Part shown: piece by piece, positions 13,799-25,386 of the stretch
Numbering within the stretch: the stretch's first letter is position 1
Layout: each line of letters starts with the position of its first letter
Assembly: GCA_951406725.2 (NCBI GenBank)
Contig: OX597826.1
Coordinates: forward strand, 57,474,001-57,538,000
Source: Octopus vulgaris
Lineage: Eukaryota
Direction: 5' to 3'
Length of the DNA: 64,000 nt
Position numbers and translations under genes: made by a program
The notes under the pieces: generated by a model
What the model saw: only the letters and a program-made list of their open reading frames with translations
The model's database searches: none
What the model was told of the DNA's origin: nothing

Positions 13799-14280
13799 AT
13801 ATATATAAATACACATACATATATACGTGTTTATAAATACGTGTGCAAGCACAAACATGCACTTTCATACATATATATATACATACACACTGATAAGCAT
13901 GTGTATATACACGTGTGTACAATGTATGTATGTGTGGATGTATATCTACAGGTTTGGTAGAAAAAAGAGGAAAAACAGTATGCATCCGTATATATATATA
14001 TACTTATTTATTTTTAATCATCAGAAAGTTACAAAAGTGACTCAGGGGCTGAAAGTTTCATGCATGGCACAAGCTTAAACCTATCTTTCTATCCATCCAT
14101 GCATCTATATATTTATATTTAGATAGATATATGTATATATACCCCCCACGCACACACACACACAAATATACATAAGTAAATTTGATTAGTGTCATGCATA
14201 AAACTCTTAAGCCTTGAGTCACTTAGGTAAATTTCTACAAACAAAACAAAAAGTGTATACAGATTTGTTGAGTGCACGCA

Positions 14281-14281
<1 letters not shown>

Positions 14282-14311
<30 letters not shown>

Positions 14312-14525
14312 CATACATGCATGCATGCATGCATACATACATACATACATACATACATACATAGATACATACATGCATGCATACGTACGTACGTACGTAC
14401 GTACATACATACATACATACATACATACATACATACATACATACATACATACATACATACATACATACATACATACATACATGTATATATATATGTACAC
14501 ACTTACACAAACACACATACACATA
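14282..14525. repeat. (TACA)n tetranucleotide array with (TGCA)n and (TACG)n variant blocks
   Basis: Direct reading. Confidence 0.95.
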
Positions 14526-15049
14526 TATGGATAAATTCAACTACATATATATGACATGTTTGTGTAGGTATATGTATGTGTGTGTGTATAAAGAATTTTT
14601 AATTTATGGATTGTTCCTGTTTAATCTTAATTTATCAATTCACTAAATATCAATTTTCCCCAAAGAAGGCTTTAGTTAAAGATGAATTACTACTATTTAT
14701 CTTAATGACTTCCATATATCAGAAGATTAATTAAACCTGATGTTAGCTAAATTCCATAACTTACTAAAATGAAGCTAAATACATTCAGTTGCTTGAATCT
14801 GGTACCTTGGTAACAAATGGCTTCCTTGATTTTTATTTGCACCTTTTCTAACCTATCTTAGAGGAAGGACTGTGTCTATGGCCTTCAGAAACCCTCCGAA
14901 ACCAGAAAAAGTAATGGTCTTCCTAATCTGCTACAAGTCAATGGCCACAAGAAAAACATGTTCAAAGTAGGGATGCCAAAGAACCAACATTCCATGAATA
15001 AAACACTGGGTTTAATGGTTAGTGTGAGGCTCATAGGTATGGGCAAGTT

Positions 15050-15610
15050 ATATGGATAATGAAAAGAGGAGAGATAAGGGAATCAGGAGTGCCCTGATAA
15101 GAGTAACAAGAGATTCACCAACTTTGAGGAGTAATGACCTTATTTGAAGATTGAGAGAGAATGTTTTTGTTCCCTAGGTAAAGGACCAAAAGGATTGGAT
15201 ACAGTTTGAAAGGTGATAAAGGTTGAGGGGTGTGTGATGTAAGGTGACACCCTTATGATTTGGATGATGGTCATAGAGGAGATTCAATGCTTCCTAAAAG
15301 CTTCTACTATGTAGAGATACATGAATTTTCCCAGGTATTGGGGGCCACGTTTTTGTCTAAATAGTGGGAGCATAGCTACGAAGAAATCACTTGGAGTACT
15401 AGGGGGGTTGTGAATGCTTGTTATGCATGTAATGTGAAAGGATCTGCTCGAAAGGATCCTTTTGTCACCCCACCTGGGTATTTCTGATTGGTCTTGAGTG
15501 AAACAAATGAACTGCAGAGATAGCATAAAGTTAATACAGCTCTGTCTGGTTGGCTGCCTAGAACTGTCAAAACGTTTGGAGCAAGGTTAATGTTGTATAG
15601 AATGTAGATA
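15050..15610 (-). pseudogene. Possible old LINE relic (APE-type endonuclease region)
   Basis: The minus ORF has QFICFTQD (cf. IICLTET), TSIHNPPS (cf. IYRPP) and LGKF (cf. GDFN) in the expected order. Heavily decayed. Confidence 0.35.
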
Positions 15611-15864
15611 CATAGATATAAGGCAGGGAGTCATGATAAAGCAGTGTTCAGATGACCTGCTATAGGTGGAGAGATAGTTATGATCTGGTAGAGATGGGTT
15701 AGGAAGTGCAAAAGAGAACAAGAATGCTTGGAGTCTCTTAAAGATGTGAGTAATTGATGAAACTAATTGATGCAGAGAATTGATAATTGCAAAAGATTTG
15801 GTTGGAAAATTTATTTGGAGTGACAGAGTGAATGAATACCTTTTAGTATTTGTTCATGTTGCTT

Positions 15865-16030
15865 ACCATTCTTTGCTCAGGTTGACTTTACCTTTAATCT
15901 CTCCAAGGGTTAATAAAAACTAATACCAGTCTACAAGTAATGGAATTGATTTAATCGATTATAACCTTCAAGGTAGTACTGTAACATGGCCACAGTCCAG
16001 TGATTGCAACCAGGAAAAGAATAAAAGAAA
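15865..16030 (+). mobile_element. Degenerate SINE with family B central domain and family A-type tail
   Basis: gttgactttacctttaatc..taataccagt..atcgatt followed by aaggtagtactgtaacatggccacagtc..aggaaaagaataaaag. Confidence 0.6.
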
Positions 16031-16809
16031 GACGATTATGCGTAGGGTGGTGGTGTGGAGAGGCAGAATTTTTTAACAATGCTTAGAGAGTACACAATAG
16101 ATTTTATATTATTTACCAATAATTTAATATAAATTTTATTAATTTTACAAAAATTTTAAAAAAATTTTATGCAATTTATTAATTTTTTTTTTTTTTTGTC
16201 ATTCCACTGAGTTTCTATGAAGGAAGTCACAAAATGCCTCATAGGCAAGAAACTAAATACAGTGACGTAAAACATAGCATTCTAAAGACTGTCAGTCTGT
16301 CTGACTGTCTGTCCAGCTCTCCATAAATATAATTAGACCAACTAACCTAACTCAACTGAAATCAATTAAATTTTTCGTTTTCTTCTTTCTTTTTCTTCTT
16401 TTCGATTGTTAAATAGATAATGATGTTTGGATTTTCCTTTTAGCAATGATATTTAATACAGAGAAATGTATTAATAAAAATTTATAGAAATGAAATATAA
16501 ATTATGAACTTTTATAATTGATTTAATTAATTATACTTATTGATAATGAGCTTTGTATTTCTATCTAAATAACAGCTCCTTCTATTCTATCACTATCAGC
16601 TAAACAAAGGAATCATTTCACACACCCTTTCTCATATGAAGAAAAGAAGAAAATCATCCAATAGGGATGATCATAGATTTGAAATTTTTGTAAATGATTG
16701 TTTTGTAAAGATATAGTGAATGGAAGATAAAATGCTTTACAGTGTATAGCCATAGCCCTTTATGTTCCAAGATCAAACCCTGCCAAGGTCATTTGAATTT
16801 CATCTTTAA

Positions 16810-17030
16810 CCCTTTAGTGTTCGCATTATTCTGCCAAAATTAATCCTTTTTTATCTACATCGTTTTGAACTAATCATGCATTATCTTGTAGCTATGAAAT
16901 TTTGATGAGGTAGCTGTTAATTTTTAAAACGATATTGTAGGGTTGGTGTGAGAGACCAGATCTGGCCAGTTTGAACATAAAACAGGCAGAATACTTTTGG
17001 CCGGATATGGCTGGTTTAAATGCTAAAGGG
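16810..17030. mobile_element. piggyBac-type MITE (221 bp) inserted into a family B SINE
   Basis: TTAA|CCCTTTAGTGTT ... AATGCTAAAGGG|TTAA gives a TTAA target duplication and CCC-initiated TIRs. The flanks (gccaaggtcatttgaattttcatc / aataaaaaagaaaaaggtacctg) rejoin into a family B domain. Confidence 0.85.
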
Positions 17031-17392
17031 TTAAGGATTCAATAAAAAAGAAAAAGGTACCTGTCAAGTAATGGAATCATCATAATCAATTACAAATTCC
17101 TCCAGGATCTTATGTCTCTGTCAGATATTAATATGTTCCTCTTAGTATTAATATATGCCGTCTAGTTTTCATTCACTCAGAACCACTCTCTTTCATTTCA
17201 CATTTTATGCATAAAACCTCTAGGACTCTGTGCTGTTTGAAAGCAAAAGTGACTATTAAGGCATCCTTGTAGCTACATTTAGATCAAGGTATGTAATATG
17301 ATGATAAGGAGGAGGGGTGTGTCAATTTTTTTACATTTATTTTAACCATCACTGCCCAAACAGTATCATTCACACACACACACACACACACA

Positions 17393-17612
17393 CTCTTTAC
17401 TCTTTTACTCATTTCAGTCATTTGACTGCGGCCATGCTGGAGCACCGTCTTTTAATCGAGCAACTCGACCCGGGACTTATTCTTTGTAAGCCCAGTACTT
17501 ATTCTATCGGTCCCTTTTGCCGAACCGCTAAGTAACGGGGACATAAACACACCAGCATCGTTTGTCAAGCAATGCTAGGGGGACAAACACAGACACACAA
17601 ACACACACACAT

Positions 17613-17651
<39 letters not shown>

Positions 17652-17811
17652 TACGACGGGCTTCTTTCAGTTCCCGTCTACCAAATCCACTCACAAGGCT
17701 TTGGTCGGCCCGAGGCTATAGTAGAAGACACTTGCCCCCAAGGTGCCATGCAGTGGGACTGAACCCAGAACCATGTGGTTGGTAAACAAGCTACTTACCA
17801 CACAGCCACTC
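17393..17811 (-). mobile_element. SINE family A, full length
   Basis: Near-identical to 1521-1940; tail abuts (CA)n. Confidence 0.92.
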
Positions 17812-18204
17812 AGTAACTAGATGTTGATCTAAATGTAAAGTTTTCAGATTATGAATTCAGAAATTGCTATCTCTATTGTTATCTCTGTTTATACAAAATC
17901 AATTCTTACATTGCTTTAGCTATTTTAACTAAATAGACAATTACTTAGAAATTCTAACATACACAAAGCAAAATTGCATTCTCAGTTAAATAAGCTAATG
18001 AAGGAACATTGATGTGGTGGCTTAACCTGAAAGAAACAGCAGTTGAATATACTGTAAATTATATCCTGCTGTGTTTTTAAAAAAGAATGGGAAGATGCAT
18101 TAAGTAATGTGTATCTACATCCTTCTTTGTTAAAAAATAAAACAGGATGATCATGACTGGAAGATCTTTGATGGTTTGCGGTGTGTGAGTGTGTGTACAT
18201 ATCA

Positions 18205-18650
18205 TCACTATCATTGCTTTAACATCTAATTTTCCATGCTTGCATTGTCAGATGGAATTTGCTGAGGGTAGATTTTCTATGGTAGGATGCCCTTCCTGTT
18301 GCCAACCCTCAGCTGTTTTCGAATAAAGTACTATTTCCCCCATGACTAGATATGTTTTCACAGAAGATTGGAAATGAAGGGCACCACTTGCATGGTTGTG
18401 ATACTTGCTTGCAATTGTCATATGATGAGAAAACAAGGAGACACACACAAACACTTGCATACACACACACACACACACGCACATACATACAGGGCAAAAT
18501 TCTTTCAGTTTTTATCTATCTAATCCATTCACAAAGCTTTGGTTGACCTGGTGCTATAATTGGTAGAAGACATGCCGAACGTGCCCCGCAATGGGACTGA
18601 ACTTGAAATCATGTGATTGAAATGCAAGCCTATTACCACACAGCCATGCT
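18205..18650 (-). mobile_element. SINE with family A head/core but RTE-type tail
   Basis: Head catggctgtgtggtaa..agttcagtccc..aaagctttgtgaatggatt; tail ggcaacaggaagggcatcc..caagcatggaaaattagatgttaaa(gat). Confidence 0.75.
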
Positions 18651-18744
18651 AGCATCTATAATCATAACATATGCATATATGATTGCATATATGTGCATGT
18701 GAATGTGTGTGTGTGTGAAAGATTGAGTGAGAAAGAAAGAGAGA

Positions 18745-19001
18745 GACTGAAAGAAGCCCGTTGTATATATGTATATATATATATATATGTGTGTGTGTTT
18801 GTGTGTGTCTGTGTTTGTCCCCCTAGCATTGCTTGACAACCGATGCTGGTGTGTTTATGACCCCGTCACTTAGCGGTTCGGCAAAAGAGACCAATAGAAT
18901 AAGTACTGGGCTTACAAAAGAATAAGTCCCGGGTTCGAGTTGCTCGATTAAAGGCGGTGCCCCAGCATGGCCACAGTCAAATGACTGAAACAAGTAAAAG
19001 A

Positions 19002-19007
<6 letters not shown>
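18745..19007 (+). mobile_element. SINE family A, 5'-truncated
   Basis: actgaaagaagcccg..(TA)(TG)..aaaggcggtgccccagcatggccacagtcaaatgactgaaacaagtaaaagag followed by (GA)n. Confidence 0.92.
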
Positions 19008-19040
<33 letters not shown>

Positions 19041-21101
19041 ATAAAATATTTTATTTGCCAACATGTTTTCTACGACAGTTGCATATCCGTTTCAAAACAG
19101 CCACATGATGATGGTAGAAATATTATACTAAAGGAAATCAAAATCTGTTTAATCAAACACAGTAATGGCATTGCAGACACCAAAATAAACAAGCTAAAAC
19201 AAACTCCACACTGCAACATGCATGAATAAATAACTATTAGTATATCTCAGTGCATATTAGAGTTAAAAAGAAAGAAAAAAATAATAATAAATGCCTTTCT
19301 ATTTACTAACTAAAGATAATATTTTCTAAACTTAGAAATAAACTTGCCTTTCCTTCATCTAATTCTCTGAGCAACTGACCTGCACTTTGTAACTAATTCT
19401 GGATTGAATGGAAGAACTGCACAGTATATTCCATCACCATCATCATCCACATTAAATTAAAATTATTCAAGCGGATAAAAATGTAAATGTATTATACTTT
19501 CAGAGATAATACTGAGAGAAAATTAAAGATGAAATTGCTTTGTGTAATATTATTACAGTATATTGAAATGAGTAAATTTAAGAAAACATATAGGTAAAAA
19601 TTTTTTATAAAAGTATATTAATCCCTCAAAATTCTGTTTCACCTGTCAGATTTTGGTTTTGTTTTACAGATAGTAGGTCTTTTCCTCAGGTGAAGGAAAG
19701 AGATTTCTGGTGTATTTTTTTTTGTTTGAGGTTTTTGTTTATTTCTAATTTTTCTTTTCATCATTTACATAAGTACGTTTTGTGTATTTAAAATATTCCA
19801 CAAGCTAAATATAGTTGTTAGCTATGCTGTTTGAGTACATAGAATTATATGAAGGCCATAACAACACTACCTGCAAACTGGACTGTTGGAACAATGCCAA
19901 AATGACAGCAGAGCAGTAAGCCTCTGTCATCAGTTTGGCAAACACTGCAGGGAGGATCAGATACTTGACAGACTTTCTAAGATCATTTTGCCCCATTTAT
20001 TTTTCTTGATTATTTTTTTTTTATGGATTGGGAATGATGGGGCCAGCAATTTTTTTTTTTTTTTTTTTTTTTTTCCTTTTTTGGTGAAACAAGATTGTGC
20101 AATCTTATTTTGCCAGGAGCATCATTTAATGTTTTTATGCATTTTACTTTTTGAATATATTTCTTCATCTATCTGTATATATATCCCACATACATATATA
20201 TATACTCATGCACACACACATAAGCAATGCAATCTGCATGAAGTAGTTGGCAGTGCCAAAAGCATAGCCTCAAGCCCTGAAGAAAAATTGAATCTAAGGA
20301 ATGGTCGTCAATAGCAGCCACATTATGATAAGGCACGCAAGTAGTCACATGTATATTTTCAGTAAGATAATAAAAATAAATTTGGGCAGAAAATACAAGG
20401 TATGAGGGGTTGGTTGGTTTCCCTCAAATCACAAGACAGTATGCGTAAATGCACGAATGCACACACACACACACACACACATACACATGCACACACACAC
20501 ACACAAACACACACACATGCACGCACGAACACACACAAGCATGCAACAGAGACATGCGGACAAAACGGTTGGACTTATACATATGCACAAATCATTTTCT
20601 GAAAATATATATATATATATATATATATAAAAAAATAGAAATGAAAGAAGACACATCCATAAAATATAACTGAATAAATGAAAAGATAGAGTGTTTTATT
20701 ATGTTGAAATGATAAAAATTTAAAACAACTTTGCAAAATAATTTCTAAGATATATTTCTGCCAGCTGAACAAATTCAGAAACGTCATGCTGTGAAGAAAC
20801 TACCGAAGTGGTTTGTCACTATTCTTTACAGTTCCTATTAAATTTGTTTCTGTCTTTTTGGCATATTTTTACCTCATTTCTGCTCCTCTCTCTCCTCATT
20901 TTTCTCCCTTTTTTTTTTTAGTAATTTTTTTTTATTATTATTATTATTATTTTGTCTTATTTCTCTTTTACCTCACGATAGAACTAAGTTTGATATATGT
21001 CAGAATAATTCAAAAACGAATGAATTGTAGAAGAAAATTTAAGAACACAGATATTGTTTGTGAGACAAAGAAAGAGAAAAGACCTTTCTTTTGCTCCTTC
21101 T

Positions 21102-21137
<36 letters not shown>

Positions 21138-21319
21138 GTCATCATCATCACGCTATCAACAGCACTTTGAATAAAATTTGTCTGCTGTTTGGACTTATTA
21201 TTGTTCAATGCCTGCCAATATTTTCTAATTATGTTCTATAATATCAATATGTATGCGTATATAGATATTACTTATATACATAGATATATAGGCATATCTA
21301 TCTGTAAACATGCACTCAC

Positions 21320-21414
21320 ACACACACACAAAGACACACACACACACACACACACTCACGGATATATGCATGTGTGTACGTGTATATATACATATATAGA
21401 TAGTGGATAGATGC

Positions 21415-21450
<36 letters not shown>

Positions 21451-21705
21451 ATGTGTGTGTGAATATATCTACACACATACATATAGACATACATAAACAT
21501 ATATATATATACATGCATACACATATATATATATATACATATATATATATACATATATATATGCATACATATATATAATACATATATATATGCATACATA
21601 CACACATATATATATACATATATTACATATATATATATATACATACATATATACATATATATATACATACATATATACATACATACATACACACATACAT
21701 ACATA

Positions 21706-21738
<33 letters not shown>

Positions 21739-21820
21739 GATAGATAGATAAATACATATGTACACATGCACACACATACAAATATATGTGTATATACATA
21801 TACATATGAATATATGTATT
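21320..21820. repeat. Long (CA)/(TA)/(TACA) low-complexity tract
   Basis: Direct reading; accounts for the 233-aa pseudo-ORF. Confidence 0.9.
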
Positions 21821-23103
21821 CAGAAAAAGGGAAGAGCACTGCATTGAAGTTGAGATGAAAAATATAATGAAAATGCTTACCTGCATGCAAGTAGAAATGC
21901 ACACACACACACACACACACGTACAAAGATCATAGCAGCAGTTATAACAACAGTGATAACAACAACATTATTCTAAAACGCTTCTAAATCAGAAGTTAGA
22001 GATATTTCATCAATAATACACACACACACACACACACCCATACGCATGCACACACAATATATTGCGATCATATTTTAAATGCTATTGTACAAACAAGCTT
22101 TCAACAAAAAGTTACGTTTAATAGGCAGTACATTATAAACAAAGCAATAAGATAAATAATCACTTGAAATATAGAAGTAATGAATGAATGAGATGATAGA
22201 AGATTTGCTTCTGAAAGCAGAACAGACTGTTTCAATCCTAAATTCAGAAATGAGATTTACTTTTGTTCAACTTCTCCAGTGTGACGATGAATGATTATCA
22301 TTGAGGGATCAGATGGAGTAACAACTCATATTCAAGGCTGATCTTGTAATTTTTTTCTCTGTGATTCAAAATATCTCCAAAATAAGGAAGGACTTTTAAG
22401 AATAGGTACTTGTTTTAGTTACAGACTCTTATGCACATGATAGATGAATTACTTCATTGGCAAGATCCTAATTCCAGTTCGGTCTAATACAGATCATATC
22501 CTAGATCATCTATTGCAATATATAACTGAGTTTATTACACGGAGTGTTCAGGTGCACTACAACTAATCAGAAAAGTGTAAAAGTGGGGATAGAAAGCAGC
22601 ATTAGAAGATGACTAATTATAACCAGGACAAACCAAAAATTCCCAAAATGAACCATGAGAGAGCTATGGAAAGGAAAAATGTGCATAGGTGGGTCAAGAG
22701 AAGTATTGGTGATGAACTGCAAGAAACATTGAATTTTTGAAGGACTCAGTGTCCTAATAGTTAACAATGTGTGCAGGTAGTACATTCCATGCTCCAACAA
22801 TTCTGTTTCCAAAAGTTATGAGTACACTGCTGTTTCCTCCTCACCAAATGCAGAGGCAAACTTTGACATCAAGAAAGAAATATGCTGCTCAAATACACAA
22901 TAGAATGCCAATGAATTTCAACACAAGACCTAAAAGCTGATTGTATAATATTCATCCACTTTGTAGAAGAATAACAATTTGTAGAAAAATAAAGAAAAAG
23001 GCAATGTAAGACACAATGTATTTAATCATAAAAAAATCCTTCCATCTGGTTGCAAGACTATAAATTCATGAAGTACGGTATACATCTGTATAGGAATAAT
23101 ATA

Positions 23104-23400
23104 CAGGATGTGTTGAATAAACTGTCATTTAAGTTACGCAAAAATGAAAATAACACTGACACCTCGTTTTAACAAATATATTTACCAAAATTACTTTAGA
23201 ATATCTTGAAATACTAAAGAATAAATTTATTCAATAAAATCGCCATTGGCTTCAACCAAGGCCTCCAGACAACTTCAGAAACTCCTGCAATTCTTCTCGA
23301 TTGTCTTCTTGTCTAAGTTGGTGAATGCTGTCGTAATCCTTGCCTTCAGCTCATCTTTGGTGTTACTAGGAGTTTTGTTGGTCTTTCACTCAATTGCACA
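23104..23400 (-). mobile_element. Tc1/mariner-superfamily transposon 3' end with transposase C-terminal relic
   Basis: Minus 23400-23227 translates CAIE*KTNKTPSNTKDELKARITTAFTNLDKKTIEKNCRSF*SCLEALVEANGDFIE*, matching the typical Tc1/maT C-terminus (ELKA...RLEAVVEANGxxIE). Terminus TA|CAGGATGTG. Confidence 0.85.
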
Positions 23401-23552
23401 GTACAAACTGGCTCTAGCATTTGACTATTTCATTTTAACAACTTCAATAGGATGAAAAGCAAGTTGACCTTGGTAGGATTTGAACTCAGAACATAAAAGA
23501 CAGTAACTAAATACTACAGGCATTTTGTTGAATGCTCAAATGATTTTACCAA
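23400..23552 (-). mobile_element. SINE family B, degenerate, abutting the transposon relic
   Basis: ggatgaaaagcaagttgaccttggtaggatttgaactcagaac. Confidence 0.7.
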
Positions 23553-25214
23553 ATCTCAGGTTTCCTTTAGCATCCTTTTAAGAGGAAAGAAATTACCAAA
23601 TTTTAAATAAAGGAAGGGTGTGACTTTGTTCCTGAGAAGTAATTCAATATTAAACATATGTCCTTATATTTTAAGGTTTCTCTAGTAGTGTTTAACTGAA
23701 ATACTAAAGCAAAATAAAAAGATATAAAAATACTTTACAATAGGTTAAAGCCCCAAAATAATTACTGAAATGGAAGCTAATGATAGCAGCTTTATTTTTA
23801 ATTGATTAGCAGCAGAAAGAGGGTAGTGGAACAAGTAACTGGTGTGTGTGTGTATGCATGTGTGTGAGTGTGTGCACATGTGCGTGTGTGTGTATGTGTG
23901 TCTGTGTTGTGTAGTTAATTTTCTTAACTTCAGTTTACATAATAAACAAGATTATTTCTAATTTTAATTTCATGTCAGCCAATTTATTTAATTCTTCTAA
24001 GTGACACAAACTAACAAGCTAAAATCAACATTATGGCTTAAGGTAGCATTATTTTGAAGGTGGTAGAAGAAAACATTAACCCTCACAAAACAGAAAATGA
24101 AAATATAAGCCTCAATAATAAACAGTAAAAATTAAAAGTTTAAAATGAAAAATATTAATTGCTTCCTTAGCTTACATTATCATTTAGATATATGACCTGG
24201 GCCACTGGTACCCAGTATGTACCTTAATGTATGATATTCTTACAAGTGACTAGAAAGAGATTTGTGGTTTTCATTAGGATGCACGTAAATATACAGATGA
24301 CAATTGTAAATGACAACAAAAAAAGTAATTAGTTGAAGAAGTAATGCTGCTTATTATTTAAGGAAGACAATTAGAGTCCACACTAATTCCACAGGAACAA
24401 ACACCGACACTTCATCCAATAGAAATAAGAACCAATTGTGTCTATTTTAATAGGAAATGCCAAAATAACTGAAAGAGAAAATGGGGGCCAACTGGAAATT
24501 TGTGAAAGGGGAGGGGACAGAAGAAGCAGAAAAGAAAAATATTTGTATTTGTTGTCATTAATTCTTTATGAGCAGAGTTGAAGAACTGGCTGTCCTTATT
24601 AGTGCTCGCATTCCTTATTTTAATTCACCCAAGTACCTTATTTTCTGCACCATATTTGGTTGAATATAGTGCCAACTCAACTATGGATCATTAGACAAGT
24701 TTAACATTTCCTGAACTGTTAAGATGCTGTAGAGTGTATAATCAATTTCCAAAAGCATGTTATTCCACAATGAAACTTGGGAGTTGTGCCTTAAGGAGTT
24801 AAGTTAAGCTTGCATAATTAGAGACCAGTAACACTTGATGCCTGGCTGAATGTTCTGTGTAACTAGAATTCTCTCCTTAGAAAATTCCAAACAAAACCCT
24901 TGGTGTTGAGGTAGAAAATTGGCTATGAGCAAAGCAGATAATTTATATTTTAGACTCTTTCTGCGTCTATTTCTGTCTTCCCTCCTTAACATCTTAAAGA
25001 ATTCACCAAGTTTATTTTTAGTCAATGTTCTCAGTTCCTTCATTTCTTTCAGTAGTTATTAATTACTCATTAATTACTAACAGCATTTTTTTCCTATTAT
25101 ATTAAAGGTGTTTTGGAGACGGAAAGGGTGCATATTTTAAAATTTTGTTCTTCTAATTATTGCTTTTTATACATGCATGTGTGTATGCGTGCATATGTAT
25201 ATATATACATATAT

Positions 25215-25386
25215 ATAACGGGAAGCTTTATGAAAATAGACAAAAGACGAAGGCAGGTGGAATACAAACAAACAATTGTATTAGTATGGCGCTCAGGAAA
25301 TATAAATAAAACAAGTCTTTAACATTTCGAGCCTACGCTCTTCAACAGAAAGATACACAGAGAAAAAACACAGAGAGAAGGAGAGT
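25215..25386 (-). mobile_element. Short Penelope-like terminal repeat with a minimal hammerhead-like motif, embedded in (TA)n
   Basis: Minus strand CTGTTGA-A-GAGCgtagGCTC-GAAATGT (25323-25348); TA repeats on both sides. Confidence 0.6.

Noticed and set aside
20329-20348. miR-124-like TAAGGCACGC
   Set aside because: The match stops after 10 nt and there is no precursor stem.
21225-21926. 233-aa ORF and the many YI/CV/HT-repeat ORFs in the track
   Set aside because: Translations of di- and tetranucleotide microsatellites.
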